Part shown: positions 62,975 to 64,000 of the stretch, piece after piece
How the letters are laid out: each line of letters starts with the position of its first letter
Numbering within the stretch: the stretch's first letter is position 1
DNA from: Terriglobia bacterium
GTDB taxonomy: Bacteria > Acidobacteriota > Terriglobia > JAJPHL01 > JAPKYU01
NCBI GenBank assembly: GCA_965223005.1
Contig: CBDCVK010000002.1
Coordinates: 384,001-448,000 of the forward strand
Reading direction: 5' to 3'
Length of the DNA stretch: 64,000 bases
Position numbers and translations under genes: made by a program
Notes under the pieces: model-generated
What the model saw: the letters and a program-made list of their open reading frames with translations, nothing else
Told to the model about the DNA's origin: nothing
Databases searched by the model: none

Positions 62975-63051
62975 GGGCCCGTAGCTCAGCCGGTTAGAGC
63001 GGCGGACTCATAATCCGTTGGTCGCTGGTTCGAATCCAGCCGGGCCCACCA
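62975..63051 (+). tRNA. tRNA with CAT anticodon, most likely tRNA-Ile2 (lysidine)
   Basis: GGGCCCG/CGGGCCC acceptor, loop CTCATAA, discriminator A; no initiator GGG/CCC anticodon stem or 1:72 mismatch. Confidence 0.93.
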
Positions 63052-63803
63052 ACGATCTTTTTGGATGTGAATAACTTGGGTGGGATTTACCTGAGAGGCA
63101 CTGCACCACGATTGTACAGAGCGTCCGAAAACTGTCCGAGTTCTGCCGAGGTCTCTCACCGAATGCTCCCGATGGCTGCCTGCTGGGTGATCGTCACCAC
63201 GCTCGCGGTTTCTAACAAGAGAACCAAACCGAGAGATACTCTCTTGACCACAACATCCATCGTACTACTCCGTGCCGAGCTAGACTACCACGCAAACTGG
63301 CGTACATAGTTTGAGCCCCTGTAGCAGCGTTTCCGCACTGTGGCTCGTGGAGGCACCGTCGGCCGCGCCTTTGTCGCTCGCAGCCGCTTCGTCCAATAAG
63401 TGCCTTCAGCTACCTCCTTGTCATCGGGAATACCGGATAAGTCCTGACTAACGGGCTAGCGTCTATCAATCCCGGTTTCACTTGGCCGTATAGTCGGCTA
63501 TTCGGACAAGTGACCCTCTCCCAGAATGCCCTCTTTGCCCGTTTTCCTGCGCCGCCCCGCACGTTCTAGCCTCCTCGCCTGCCTCGCCAGTGTCCGAACA
63601 GGCTCCAGGCAAACAAGCCACCTCAAAAAAGCCCTCCCCGCACGCAATCCAACCTCGGCGGGTGCGCAGGTACTGGACCGTAGGAGAGGTAGGGGGTCGT
63701 CGAAGCTTGCAAGGTACCCCCGCAGGGGGGGCAGGGACGTTTCAGCCGACAAAGAATCGGAAGACCAGGCGCGTGCCCGATGAGAAGTCTGTTCTGCGAG
63801 GAG

Positions 63804-64000
63804 TTAGCTCGCAACCTCCAGATCCCACCCAAAGCCGGGATCGTCCGAGGGACGCGTGTAGATGCCTTCGGGACCGCGGCTCAACAGGTTGTCCTCTTCG
63901 TAGCGCTCATAGACTACCGCTGGGCCACCGGGCGGTGGCATCCCTCCTCGGGAGAACTCCGCCCAGGGGGTGTTCGGCGTCGCCATGATGTAGTGCACCG
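63804..64000 (-). CDS. C-terminus of an enolase-superfamily (mandelate racemase / acid-sugar dehydratase-like) protein, partial
   Basis: H...ATPN.PWAEF...PSDDPGFGW; ORF open at window end. Confidence 0.65.
   Translation of the reverse strand, partial: VHYIMATPNTPWAEFSRGGMPPPGGPAVVYERYEEDNLLSRGPEGIYTRPSDDPGFGWDLEVAS

Noticed and set aside
62975-63051. tRNA-Met or initiator tRNA assignment
   Set aside because: Lacks initiator hallmarks; overall sequence resembles lysidine-type tRNA-Ile2

Overview
High-GC bacterial window, almost all core genome. Gene style and content suggest Acidobacteriota (inference). It carries ETF:quinone oxidoreductase, ffs-dnaX-ybaB-recR, a 2-oxoacid:ferredoxin oxidoreductase pair, yitJ-xseB-ispA-tlyA-nadK, ligA-rnpB, aroA, nrdR, a 12-gene nuo operon without nuoB and nuoI, thiS, ribA, tRNA-Glu and tRNA-Ile2(CAT). 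Accessory DNA comprises a lone HNH nuclease beside ffs, an M4 metallopeptidase with a knottin-like tail split by an IS256-family element (8-bp target duplication, plus a deletion-riddled partial tandem copy), and a hydrolase/redox block between the two tRNAs. The best candidates for something undescribed are the OFOR operon with an extra C-terminal domain and a third jelly-roll-like gene, a structured leader upstream of a degenerate GGDEF gene, the unknown-domain/HNH fusion, and a PAL-like/aldolase/isomerase cluster. All four are inferences; none is established as a new system. Two homopolymer frameshifts suggest long-read consensus errors. No CRISPR, rRNA or prophage was seen.
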